DNA from: Azolla caroliniana
Taxonomy: Eukaryota; Plantae; Polypodiophyta
Direction of reading: 5' to 3'
NCBI GenBank assembly: GCA_043228905.1
Contig: JBHGNT010000644.1
Span: 1-18,555, forward strand
Length of the DNA stretch: 18,555 nt
Position numbers and translations under genes: made by a program
Notes under the pieces: generated by a model
The model's database searches: none
What the model saw: only the letters and a program-made list of their open reading frames with translations
Told to the model about the DNA's origin: nothing
Shown here: positions 1-10,205 of the stretch, piece by piece
How the letters are laid out: each line of letters opens with the position of its first letter
How positions within the stretch are numbered: position 1 is the stretch's first letter

Positions 1-24
1 AAATTTAATACGGCCAAGACGTGA

Positions 25-543
25 GTGCATTTGACTTTCAATTTGGAAAGATCGATTGAATATGCACATTTGACTTTCTGTTCGGAAAGATCGATCGAAG
101 TCGAAGGCTACACCGACTCCGACTATGCTCGAAATCCGGATAATCAGATGTCGACATCAGGCTACATCTTCTCCTATGATGGTGACGCTATATCATGGAG
201 GTCAAAACTCCAACAGTGCTCGGCCCTATCGACCAAAAAGGCCGAGTACATAGAAATGCCAGAGGCAGCGAAGGAAGTGATCTGGCTGCACCGACAAACT
301 ACCGATTTTTCGGCTATGAATCAAACCGAGCGACTAGTGTCAACCATCTATTGCAACTCACAAAGCACAATGCACCTCATCAACAACCCTGTCTTTCACG
401 TGAAGAAGAAACACATTGAGGTGCGGTATCATCACATCCGAGAGCTAATAACCGAAAAGAAGCTCAAAATCTGGAAGATCAACACTGAGGTGAACATCAC
501 CGATTGCCTGACGAAGCCACTCCCAGATCAATGCTTCAAAACG
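25..543 (+). pseudogene. pol: Ty1/Copia pol RNase H fragment (element F), truncated by element A's LTR
   Basis: Motifs GYTDSDYA, STSGYIF, ISWRSKLQ, AEY, YCNSQS, HIEVRYHHIRE and DCLTKPL are typical of Copia RNase H. The last residues of ORF 25..570 are read from LTR sequence. Confidence 0.9.
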
Positions 544-1074
544 TGCGGAATAGCGCTTGGCCACAACTGAGACTCAAACAATTAATGGAAGGACAAAACC
601 AAAACAGAAATGGAGATTAATGCACTTATAGAAATAACAATAGAGGGCACATGATATTTACATGGAAAACCCTAATAGGGAAAACCACAGGATCCCACAG
701 ACTCCTACTGTCACTATAGGAGAAAAAGAGTACAATGGGAGACTCAGAGTCAACTACCTCGACCTTTGTATCTTCGTCAACCGGCGGTTACAAAAGAAAC
801 TGGTTCAACTTCTCTTCTGTGTGTGTGTGTGTGTGTGTGTGTGCACAACAACTACTATCTCACATATATTGTTACATTGTGGTTTCCCTAAGTCATATTT
901 ATACTTATATGACTTTAGGACTATTTACAAATATAGCCTTTACAAGCACACTAGAAACGTATTTACAGATATATTCATGGATCCGGTTCACACAAGATCC
1001 ATCCGGTCTGGTTCCTTCCTTTGGCTCATCCGGTTCTCATCTGGTTCCCATCTGGACGGACCGAATTCCCAACA
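544..1074 (-). repeat. 3' LTR of Copia A
   Basis: TG at 544 and ...CCCAACA at 1074, next to the PPT. Shares motifs with E's LTR (GCCACAAC, GGAAAACCC..GGGAAAA(A)CCAC, CGGCGGTTACAA, AAGTCATATTTATAC). Contains (TG)n at 818-843. The left boundary is inferred. Confidence 0.8.
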
Positions 1075-1087
1075 AACTCCCCCTTCA
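1075..1087 (-). promoter_or_regulatory. Polypurine tract of Copia A
   Basis: Minus strand TGAAGGGGGAGTT directly before TGTTGGG; overlaps the pol stop codon. Confidence 0.9.
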
Positions 1088-2513
1088 TTGTGGCATGGAA
1101 TGTCTTGTCAACCCGATCCGTCTCTGGCACGTGTTCAGTTTGTCGGCTACCAGCACCTTGGTCAGCATGTCCGACCCGTTCTCCTCCGTGTGGATCTTCT
1201 TCAGCACGAAGTCTTGATCTTCTACCTTCTTCCGGAGCTAGTGATATCTTCTCTCGATGTGCTTGGTTTGGGAATGATAGGTTGCGTTCATTGAAAGATG
1301 GATGGCACTTTGGCTATCGCAGTAGAGCCGATATTCCTCCTCTCGTATTCCTAGCTTTCCGATGAAGTCCTTCATCCAAATTACTTCCTTGCCAACTTCT
1401 ACAGCTGTTATGTACTCCGCTTCTGTTGTTGACAGTGCAATGGATTTCTGCAGCCTCTACTGCCACGACATGGCTCCCCCTACATATGTCATGACGTATC
1501 CAGATGTAGACCGGCTGGTATCCACATCAGTCAACATGTCCGAATCCGTAAAGCCTTCCTGCTCGGGTTTACTTGAGCCAAATCGGAGACACATATTCGA
1601 GGTGCCTTTCAAGTACCGAAGTATCCACTTGACTGTATTCCAATGTTCTCTTCCCGGATTGCTCATCAACCGGCTGACCACTCCAACTACGTATCCGATA
1701 TATGGTCGGGTGTACACCATCGCGTACATCAAGCTTCCAACGGTAGAGGCATGTGGTATCTTCATCATATCTGACATCTCTACCTTTGTCTTCAGGCTCT
1801 GCTTTCTGGACAACTTGCAGTTTGCCGGAAGTGTCAACCCAATCGGCTTCGCATCCGACATGTTGAACCGTTGGAGCACCTTTGTCATGTACTTCTCTTG
1901 TGACAACCACAATAGCTTCTTCGTCCGGTCCCAGACTATGTGCATCCCCAGTATCTATCTTACCAGACCCAAGTCTTTCATAGAGAAGTTCCGGTTCAAG
2001 GCCTTCTTCAGCATCCCGATTTTGGTTCAGTCCGGTCTGACGATCAACATGTCATCCATATATAGGAGGAGTATCAGGAAGTCTTCTCCGTCAAATTTCT
2101 TCACAAACACGCAGTGATCGGCTTGTGTCTTGTGTTACCCTTGGTCGGTCATGAAGGAGTCGAACTTCCTGTACCATTGTCGGGGAGCTTGCTTCAGTCC
2201 GTATAAGCTCTTCTTCAACCAACATACCAAGTGCTCCTTCCCCTTCTTCATGAATCCCTCTGGTTGCTGCATGTAGATCTCCTCCTCGAGGCCCCCGTGG
2301 AGGAATGTTGTCTTGACATCGAGTTGTTCAACCTCGAGGTCCCTGCTTGCCCCTATGCTCAACACAGTTTGAATGCATGTCATCTATACTACCAGCGCAA
2401 AGATCTCATAGAAGTCCACTCCTTTCCTCTGCTGGAAAACCTTCACCACAATCCAGGCCTTGTACCTTGGTGGATTTCCGACGTCTCCCGGTTTCAGCTT
2501 GTACACCCACTTG
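1085..2513 (-). pseudogene. pol: Copia A RT/RNase H with premature stops
   Basis: [38 protein letters not shown] and STSGY. Collinear with the open ORF of E (16979..18490). Confidence 0.93.
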
Positions 2514-2537
2514 TGTCACAAAATGTGAATATCAAGG
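2514..2537 (+). repeat. Chromovirus B 5' LTR, first 24 bp
   Basis: TGTCACAAAATGTGAATATCAAGG is identical to 13832-13855. Confidence 0.95.
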
Positions 2538-2977
2538 TGTTGAGAGACAAGCTCAACATCGGCCGGATCGGTTGAGCAAGCCGAGGATCGGATCGGTTAG
2601 GCCAGATCGGTGCGTAAAACGGGTGTGTAAACCGGTACGCAAATCAATGCGTAGGAAGGCCGTATCGGTGCATAATCCGAAAGGCCGTTAGAGAGATATT
2701 CCTCGTAAGGAATAGTTTTGGGACTAAGAGTCGAAGCTCATTTATGAGCAGTCAAGTACTGTCAATACTTGTGTCAGCCCGACTGTCAGGGCTTGTATAA
2801 AAGTGCTCACTGAGCACATCCTATGTACAGATTGAGTATTATCTTTTTGAATTAAGTTCTTGTGTTTACTCTCTCTCTGTCTCTCCCGTGCGTACTGTGC
2901 AAACCTAAGCTTTCCATTAAACCTGCGTTTTTTGTTGTTCGGTTTTCCTATATTGCTTTCGTACGCCATTCTTTTCA
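2538..2977 (+). repeat. Copia C 5' LTR (440 bp)
   Basis: TGTTG...TTTTCA, direct repeat of 8285-8685, TATAAAA at 2796-2802. Confidence 0.95.
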
Positions 2978-2989
2978 TGGTATTAGAGC
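2978..2989 (+). promoter_or_regulatory. Primer binding site (tRNA-iMet) of Copia C
   Basis: TGGTATTAGAGC directly after the LTR, one C>T change from canonical TGGTATCAGAGC. Confidence 0.92.
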
Positions 2990-3059
2990 GCGAGGGTTGA
3001 GAACCTCTATAGCCGACTTTGCTTGAAGGAAAAACCAACGAAGAAGAACAAGAAAACCA

Positions 3060-6000
3060 ATGGACAGAGGAATGGTTGGCTCGCTTCTCACGGAGAAGCT
3101 CGACAGAAACAACCACGCGTCTTGGTCTTACAAGATGCACCAGTACCTGCTCGGACACAGTTACTGGAGCTATGTCGATGGTTCAAATAACACAACACCC
3201 AATTCGACACACAAAGACTTCCCGGCGTGGGAACAATCGGCGAGCAGAGTGTTGTACTGCTTCACGTCTTGTGTGCGTGAACAACTATTAAGCTACATTC
3301 GGGATGCAAAAACGCCAAAGGGTGCATGGGAAAATCTGAAGAAGATTTTCGCTAGGAGCACCACAACTAGGAAGCTTCAGCTTCGACAAGAGTTGAGCAA
3401 CCTACGGCAACGCGATTTGTCGGTGGTTGACTATACCTCGAGGATTAAGGACATATGCGACTCCCTAGCTTCCATCGATGTGAATATCGAGGAATACGAG
3501 ATGGTCCAAGTCTGTCTCGAGGGTTTGGCGTCGAAGTTCGGGGCGTTCCGAACTGTTGTGTGTACCTGGGAGAATACGCCGTCCTTTTTCGACTTACAGT
3601 CGATGCTCCTTATAGAGGAGAACCACTCGGGTGTGTCGACAAGCATGTATGCCGAAAACAAGATGTTGTACACGGAGGGAGATAGGCCCCGTGGTCGTGG
3701 CGGATGAGGCGAGTCGGTACGCAATGGAGGCGGCCGACGGGATCAAGGAAGAAGGCACCGAAGTGATGCCGACAGCAATTCCGAACCCTCCGGAAACAGG
3801 GGGAGTCGGGGCGACGAGAACCAGCAAGGGAAATCCGTCGCGGAATGTTGGTACTGTGGTAAGAAAGGCCACAAGGAGAGCGAGTGCTGGAAAAAGCGCG
3901 CCGAGTCGGAGAGGTCTGGTTCTGGATCTGGTTCCAGACATACCGATAAAGGAAACCAGCAGCGATCGCACTACGCCGAAGGATCCGGAGAAGCCGAAAA
4001 ACGGTCAGCCTTCATAATGAGACATGAACCAAACTCAATGAAGCAGTCCGCCCTGAAATTGAACGAGGTGTGGTATGTCGACTTCGGCGCGTCAAACCAC
4101 ATGACGTGCCATGAGGAGTGGTTCTCATATCTTGAGAAACCGACGCAACAAGGTGTAGTCGCAACTGGAGACGACACTCCGCATCCGATTGCGAATGTCG
4201 GTGAAGTTCCCTTGAGCCATGTTGGGCAGAACGGGAAACTCATGAACGTGTTACACATCCCGACAATCACAAAGAACCTGGTGTCAGTCGGGCAGATCGT
4301 CGACCAGGGGATGCAGGTTCGGTTTACGCATCTCGGGTGTTTCATTGAGGAAGAAGGCCGTATTATTGTGCAAGGGCGCAGAGATGGGAGGATGTTCATC
4401 CTCGACTCTATTGACGGTGGCACCGCAATGTTCGCGAAGGGACAGAAAGTCGAGTCGGACATCGACTTATGGCACAAGCGAATAGGCCACGTCAACTACC
4501 AGCGACTTCAGGACTTGCAATCGAAACAGGTGGTGTTCGGATTGCCCAAATTTAGTGGCTGGAAGGCACAAATTTGTGAAGCATGTCAGCTTGGGAAGCA
4601 ACGCGGACTTCCCTTCCCCAATGAGCGTAACCGGAGCCGGAACAAGCTCGACTTGATACACTCCGATGTGTGGGGGCCAACACAAAATGTGAGTCTTGGC
4701 GGGAGCCGATATTTCATCTCTTTCATCGACAACTACACGCGGCACACGTGGATCTACCTCATTGAGAGGAAGATTGAAGTCTTCGACTATTTCCTGGACC
4801 TCAAAGGGTTCGTGGAAACGGAAACAGGAAGAAAGATCAAGTGCCTGCGGTCGGATGGCGAAAAAGAATATTTTTCCGGTCAATTCAACGGTTATTTACA
4901 ACAAATTGGAATTCGGCATGAATTCAGTTGTAGATACATGCCGTAGCAAAATGGCATGGCCGAGAGGGAAAATCTGTCGGTTGTGGAAGCGGCACAGGCA
5001 ATGCTCGAGGAGAAGAGCTTGCCCAAGCTCTACTGGGCCGAGGCGGTAAGGACCTCGGTATACATCCAGAATCGGATCAGAGACAAAGTGTCGGCGCATG
5101 AGCTATATTTCGGAAGGAAGCCGAACCTGCGACACTTACGAGTTTTCGGTAGCATTGCGTATGTGCATGTGCCGAAGGAGAAACGGAGGAAGCTGGACAC
5201 GAAAGCCGAGAAGTGTATCTTGGTCGGCTATTCGGACGAGCAGAAGGGCTATAAGTGCTATAACCCTCGCACCAAACAAGCCCGCGTGAGCCGCGACGTT
5301 GTGTTGGACGAGTCCGTGTCCTGGTACTTGCCTCCAACTCCGGACCTCACTTCCAATCTAGCTTCTGATGATGAATTCAATGAGACCGAGATGCCTCCGG
5401 ATGAGCCTGAAATCAGGACCCCCGAACAGAGTCTGATTTCGTTTTGGTTAACTGGATCGAATGGACGACTGAGTCGTTTCGACCAGTCTGATGAAGAGCC
5501 GGCGAGTAGTGGAGACTCGGCCGTACATTCCCCGCGCAGGAAGCCAAGGAGATGGCTCACGCTTAAGAAAAAGGGAAGAAGAAGGTGTCGGATTACGGCA
5601 CGGATAGGAATGAGTCGGATCGACGCGAGTCCGACTCCGAGGGAAGTCGTGATGGAGCGAAGTCCGCGTCGGCCAAGAAGACCTCGACATCGGCTAATGA
5701 CCGATTACACCGATCTACCCGCCAAAAGAACCTAGTTGTGCGGTTCGGATAGAACGAGTACATGGCGCATCGTTATGCGTACATGACCCATGTAGCGGAA
5801 GTGCGTGAGCTAGAGAGCTACGCAGAAGCGGCTCAGGATGCGAATTGGCGCGCCGCGATGGAGGAAGAGATGCACCCATTGGCGGAAAACGAGACCTGGG
5901 ACCTGGTTGACGCACCGAAGGGTGTGAAGCCAATCGGATGCAAGTGGGTGTACAAGGTCAAGTACAACACCGACGGCTCGGTCAACTGATACAAGGGCCG

Positions 6001-6839
6001 GTTAGTGGCAAAAGGCTACCGTCCGTGTTTTGGTCGCGGTAGCTGCGGGAAAGGGGTGGCACTTACATTAGATGGATGTAAAGAATGCGTTCCTGCAAGG
6101 TGAGCTTGAGGAACAGGTGTACATGGTACAGCCCCCCGGATTTCACTCCGGAACGAACACTTCGGTGGTGTGTCGATTGAAGAAGTCCCTTTACGGACTG
6201 AAGCAAGCCCCGCGTGCCTGGAACGCGAAGATCACGCAGCAACTGCGTCGGATGGGCTTTGCAACGTCACAATCAGACTCTTCCCTGTTCATCCGAAAAG
6301 GTCGACTCGGGCCAGTTAGTATTTTACTATATGTTGATGACTTGGTCATCACCGGCACCGACCTAGGTGAAATCGACCGCGTGAAGCTCCAGCTTGCGGC
6401 ATCATTCAACATGAAGGACCTGGGGGACCTTCATTACTTCCTCGAGGTCAAAATGATCCGCACCCCCGAAGGCATACTGATCAGCCAATGTCATTACACG
6501 TTGAATATGCTCTTCAAATTTGGGATGGCAGACTGTAAGTCCGTCTCAGCTCCTCTGGATAGAACCGTCAAGCTTCGCCCCGAGTCCGGAAAGGTATGCG
6601 ACCTGACGAGGTTCCGATAGATAGTCGGCAGCCTCATATACTTGACCATCACCCAACCCGATCTTAGTTATCTAGTCGGGGTGCTCAGTCAGTTTATGGT
6701 GCGACCTACCGAGTAGCACCTTCAGTGTGCGCAACGCGTACTGCGGTACGTAAGCGGCACTAAGGACCGAGGACTGCTATTTTGAACCGGTCTAGCCCCA
6801 CAATTGGTCGGCTACACCGATGCCGATTGGGCTGGCAAC
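3060..6839 (+). pseudogene. gag-pol: Copia C gag-pol polyprotein (gag, zinc knuckle, protease, integrase, RT, start of RNase H), disrupted
   Basis: [75 protein letters not shown] and LLYVDD. Several in-frame stops, a frameshift between INT and RT, and a deletion near 6020. Confidence 0.93.
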
Positions 6840-6972
6840 TGTCAGGAACTCTATTAAGGCAGAGAAGGAATTAGTACTAAAAGAAGGATTAGTACTATTG
6901 TTGGGGAATAGTACTAAGACAGAGAAGGATTAGTACTATGAGAGGTGTCGAACTTTGAGAGAAGGAATGAGT

Positions 6973-6976
<4 letters not shown>

Positions 6977-7014
<38 letters not shown>
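6977..7014. repeat. (GA)19 microsatellite in solo LTR D
   Basis: Seen directly. Confidence 0.95.
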
Positions 7015-7018
<4 letters not shown>

Positions 7019-7240
7019 GCGAAAGATATATGTATTATATGAAGGAAGATATACAACAGTAGTTAGAAGGCTTAAGACTGGCGTTGAACCGATTTGGTTC
7101 GAACTAATGCCTTGCGCCTCCTTTTATAGTGTCTTCAGGAATACTCCTGAAGTTTCTAGAATGTTCCAGAGAAATCTGGAATATACATCAATTTCCCAAT
7201 AAAACCTAAATGAAAATAATATCCTTCAAATTACAATTCA

Positions 7241-7295
7241 TAACCTAATGGTAAAGTCTCGACCCGTGTAACAAAAGGTTATGGGTTCGAGTCTA
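7241..7295 (+). promoter_or_regulatory. tRNA-like Pol III A-box/B-box module, antisense to LTR D
   Basis: TAACCTAATGG-TAAAG at 7241 and GGTTCGAGTC at 7284. T8-to-G53 spacing is 44 nt. Confidence 0.6.
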
Positions 7296-7309
7296 GTTAT
7301 GACAGCAAC

Positions 7310-8338
7310 ACCGCCGATCGCCGATCCACGTCCGGATACGCGTTCTCTCTTGGGAGTGTCGCAATCCCGTGGAGCAGTAAGAAGTAGCCGACATTTGCAT
7401 TGTCGAGCACCGAAGCTGAGTACCGAGGAGCGGTTGTCACGACATGCGAAGCCCTGTGGTTGAAGCGGCTACTTAAGGATCTGCAGGTGGAGGTGTCCGA
7501 TCCGACGACGATCTCCTGCGACAACCTCAGTAGCATCCAGCTCGCGAAGAACCTAGTCTTCCACGCACGGACCAAGCACATTGAGGTGCACTACCATTTT
7601 GTCCGTGAGCGTGTCCTTTCTAGTGAAGTCGAACTTCAGTATGTTCCGACAGATCGGCACACAACCGACATCTTCACCAAGCCTCTTGGTCTGGACAAGT
7701 TGCGGCAATTTCCGGGTGCGCTTGGGTTGTGTCACCTCAACGTGCCGAAGTTGAGGGTGAAAGACGTCCCAAATGACCACGGAAGGGAGCAGGAAAGGAG
7801 CGGAAAAGACTGTAGCGCCGAGTCGGATGATGAATTCGACTTCGGATCGGCTAAAGAAGCCGAGGGCAGATCCGCGGAAGAGTCCGAAAGCGGACATAAG
7901 GGGAGCAGCCAGAAGAAAGAGCCGAAGCCAACCAAGCGTGGGGGAGATGACGCCGTCAAGGGCGAGAAGACTGAAGATGAGTTGGAGACAGCCAACTCGG
8001 ACGAGAGCGAAAACCGATCGGAGGTAGCCGAGTCAGTTCGAATGTTTGATTCGGATACGCTGAATCAACCAAGGGCCAAGCGGAAGAGAAGGCGGCATAA
8101 GAGGCGCCAACACCACAACAACAATGAAGGTGAGAAGGGTCATGGGAGAAAACAAGCCGACCGGAAGGGTCGAAGCGTGCGGAGTCGAACAGGTCGAGGA
8201 GCGCGAGCAAGGAGTGGAGCCGGGAGAAGCCGGAGCGTAGATCCGGCGGAGCAGGCGGAACCTCAAGTTGACCTTGAGGGGGAGTGTTGGAAGACAAGCT
8301 CAACATCGGCCGGATCGGTGCGTAAAATGAGTGTGTAA
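7310..8338 (+). pseudogene. pol: Copia C RNase H remainder plus long charged C-terminal extension
   Basis: RRSTSGY, SSTEAEY, CDNLSSI, RTKHIEVHYHFVRE and DIFTKPL, then an open acidic and R/K-rich tail that runs into the 3' LTR. Confidence 0.88.
8276..8284 (+). promoter_or_regulatory. Polypurine tract of Copia C
   Basis: GAGGGGGAG directly before TGTTGG. Confidence 0.92.
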
Positions 8339-8685
8339 ACCGGTACACAAACAGGTGCGTAGGAAGGCCGTATCGGTGCGTAATCCGAAACTCCGTTAGA
8401 GAGATATTCCTCGTAAGCAATAGTTTTGGGAGTAAGAGTCGAAGCTCATTTATGAGCATTCAAGTACTGTCAGTACTTGTGTCAGCCCAACTGTCAGGAC
8501 TTGTATAAAATTGCTCACTGAGCACATCCTATGTATAGATTGAGTATTCTCTCTTTGAATTAAGTTCTTGTGTTTACTCTCTCTCTGTCTCTCCCGTGCG
8601 TACTGTGCAAACCTAAGCTTTCCATTAAACCTGCGTTTTCTGTTGTTCGGTTTTCTTATATTGGTTCCGCACGCCATTCTTTTTA
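8285..8685 (+). repeat. Copia C 3' LTR (401 bp)
   Basis: Repeat of 2538-2977 lacking 39 bp; terminal CA mutated to TA. Confidence 0.95.
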
Positions 8686-8690
8686 CAAGG

Positions 8691-9081
8691 TGTGAACTTG
8701 TGACCTTCAAACAATGGTCTTACACTTCAGCCATTGCACCAACTCATTTTCATTAATAAATACATTTTCATATTATTATTATTCAAGAACTCTAGAGCAC
8801 TAGACACATTAAATGACCACCAAATGGCATGCACCCTGTACGCCAAGTGGCGCACAGCATGTATGCCAAATGGCGATCATGCACATTCTGATGTACAATA
8901 TATAAGTCGAAGATTTGCTTAGTGTTGAACCATTCCGGTTCAACACCAGTCTTCAGCAACCTTGTAATCTCGGTTTCCGGTAATAGAAATTCTTGTATTT
9001 TTGTCTTGTAAACGTCTTCTCGTTTGTTATTATCTTCTTTTCTTCCAAATCGACCTTGTCTTCGAAGCTTGGGTCGCGATA
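8691..9081 (+). repeat. Chromovirus B 5' LTR, remaining 391 bp
   Basis: Matches 13856-14246 with about 10 substitutions. TATATAA at 8899-8905. Terminal CA mutated to TA. Confidence 0.95.
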
Positions 9082-9083
9082 GT

Positions 9084-9095
9084 TTGAACCGGAAT
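9084..9095 (+). promoter_or_regulatory. Self-priming primer binding site of B
   Basis: TTGAACCGGAAT is the exact reverse complement of ATTCCGGTTCAA (8932-8943). No TGG-starting tRNA PBS follows the LTR. Confidence 0.8.
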
Positions 9096-9141
9096 CCCAC
9101 TTTTTTTTTTCTCGAGTATCTAGTGAAGTTTTTCCGTCACA

Positions 9142-10205
9142 ATGGAGATCGTTAGTAAACAAGAGTATATGCGTATTCTCTCAGAACTTGACCTCCTAAC
9201 AACAAAATTTGTTGCATTGGAACAAGAGAATCATAAACTTCTTGGTGACTTGCAACAAGTGAGCGTTGAAAAGGCACAACAACATGAGGAACTCTCGAAA
9301 CGTGTCCAACAACTTGAAGTTATTGTGTTATCTCTTCGACAAAAAGCTTCAACCTCTCAAAGTTTGTACGCCTTATAATTCATATGCATCCCAACCGATA
9401 TCCAACTGATGCAACTCGAGTGGGGTTAGTTGGAACATTATTGACAGGAACCGCACTAGCATGGTTTGCACCATTGCTAGAGAAGAAATCCCCAATACTA
9501 GAAAACTTTGATACCTTTATCAACGAATTCCAAGCTAGTTTTGGTGATATTGATAGTGTAAGAACAACAATAAACAAGATACGTAGGTTGCGCCAAGGAG
9601 ATCGGCCAGCCTCAGCTTACACAGCTGATTTTCGTCTTCATGCTTGTGATATCCCTTGGGATGAAGCAACGATGATGGACTTGTTTCGGCATGGTTTGCG
9701 TAATGATGTTAAAGACTTGCTCTTAATATTTCATGATGAACCCAAATCACTAACAGAAGCTATTAGCCGTGCAGTTCGATGTCACAATCGTTTGTTCGAA
9801 AGACGTTCTGAGCGCCAACAAACGTGGACACGCCTTAGATCTGAGCAAACATATGCCTCACCATTAGCCTCACCACCTTTAGGACCAGTGCAAGTTCCTA
9901 ATCCTAATTCTTTTAATGGACCTACTCCAATGGAGATTGATGCAGCACGTCGTCGAGGTCCTTTGTCCGAAGCCGAGAAACAACGACGTCGAGCAAATCG
10001 ACTTTGCCTATATTGTGGTGGTCCAGGACATATAGCAATACATTGTCCACATCGACCAAAGAGACAATTAAATCAAGTAGGTGCTATTGAGAATTTTGAT
10101 TCATGTTCTCCAGTCAAAGCCAATAAACCAAGAACTCTTGTCAACAACCCTCAATCCAATAGTTTTGATGTTCTAAGCCAACTTGATGAGCTGTTAAACA
10201 AGTAA
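9142..10205 (+). pseudogene. gag: Chromovirus B gag (N-terminal coiled coil, capsid, zinc knuckle), frameshifted near 9360
   Basis: ORFs 9142..9378 and 9384..10205. LLTGTALAWF, LRQG, FRHGLRNDVKD, PTPMEID and CLYCGGPGHIAIHC. Confidence 0.9.

Larger units (their letters stand above)
6840..7304 (-). mobile_element. Solo LTR D (465 bp) of a chromovirus family related to B
   Basis: TGTCA...TGACA termini, TSD GCAAC (6835-6839 and 7305-7309). Removal restores ADWAGNTADRRSTSGY. Shares AAGACTGGYGTTGAACCG..TGGTTC with the reverse complement of B's LTR. Minus-strand TATAAAA at about 7122-7128. Confidence 0.9.
2538..8685 (+). mobile_element. Ty1/Copia LTR retrotransposon C, near full length, inserted in B's 5' LTR
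   Basis: TSD CAAGG (2533-2537 and 8686-8690), paired LTRs, PBS, PPT, domain order gag-PR-INT-RT-RH. Confidence 0.95.

Noticed and set aside
662-2691. Plus-strand ORFs of 114-251 aa
   Set aside because: Antisense shadows of Copia A pol and LTR; they include microsatellite-encoded CVCV runs.
5365-5495. CTGATGA motifs (also minus strand at 15021-15027)
   Set aside because: Inside Copia coding sequence, without stem II followed by GAAA or the other stems.
7241-7304. Functional tRNA gene
   Set aside because: No canonical acceptor, D or anticodon stems. Reported only as a tRNA-like module.
8792-9100. LKTGVEP-WF peptide shared by ORFs at 6975, 8792 and 13957
   Set aside because: Reflects the conserved nucleotide hairpin and primer motif in LTRs, not a protein.
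9142-10205. Domesticated PEG10/RTL-like gene
   Set aside because: Lies in an LTR- and TSD-bounded element with a frameshift in gag and multiple stops in pol.
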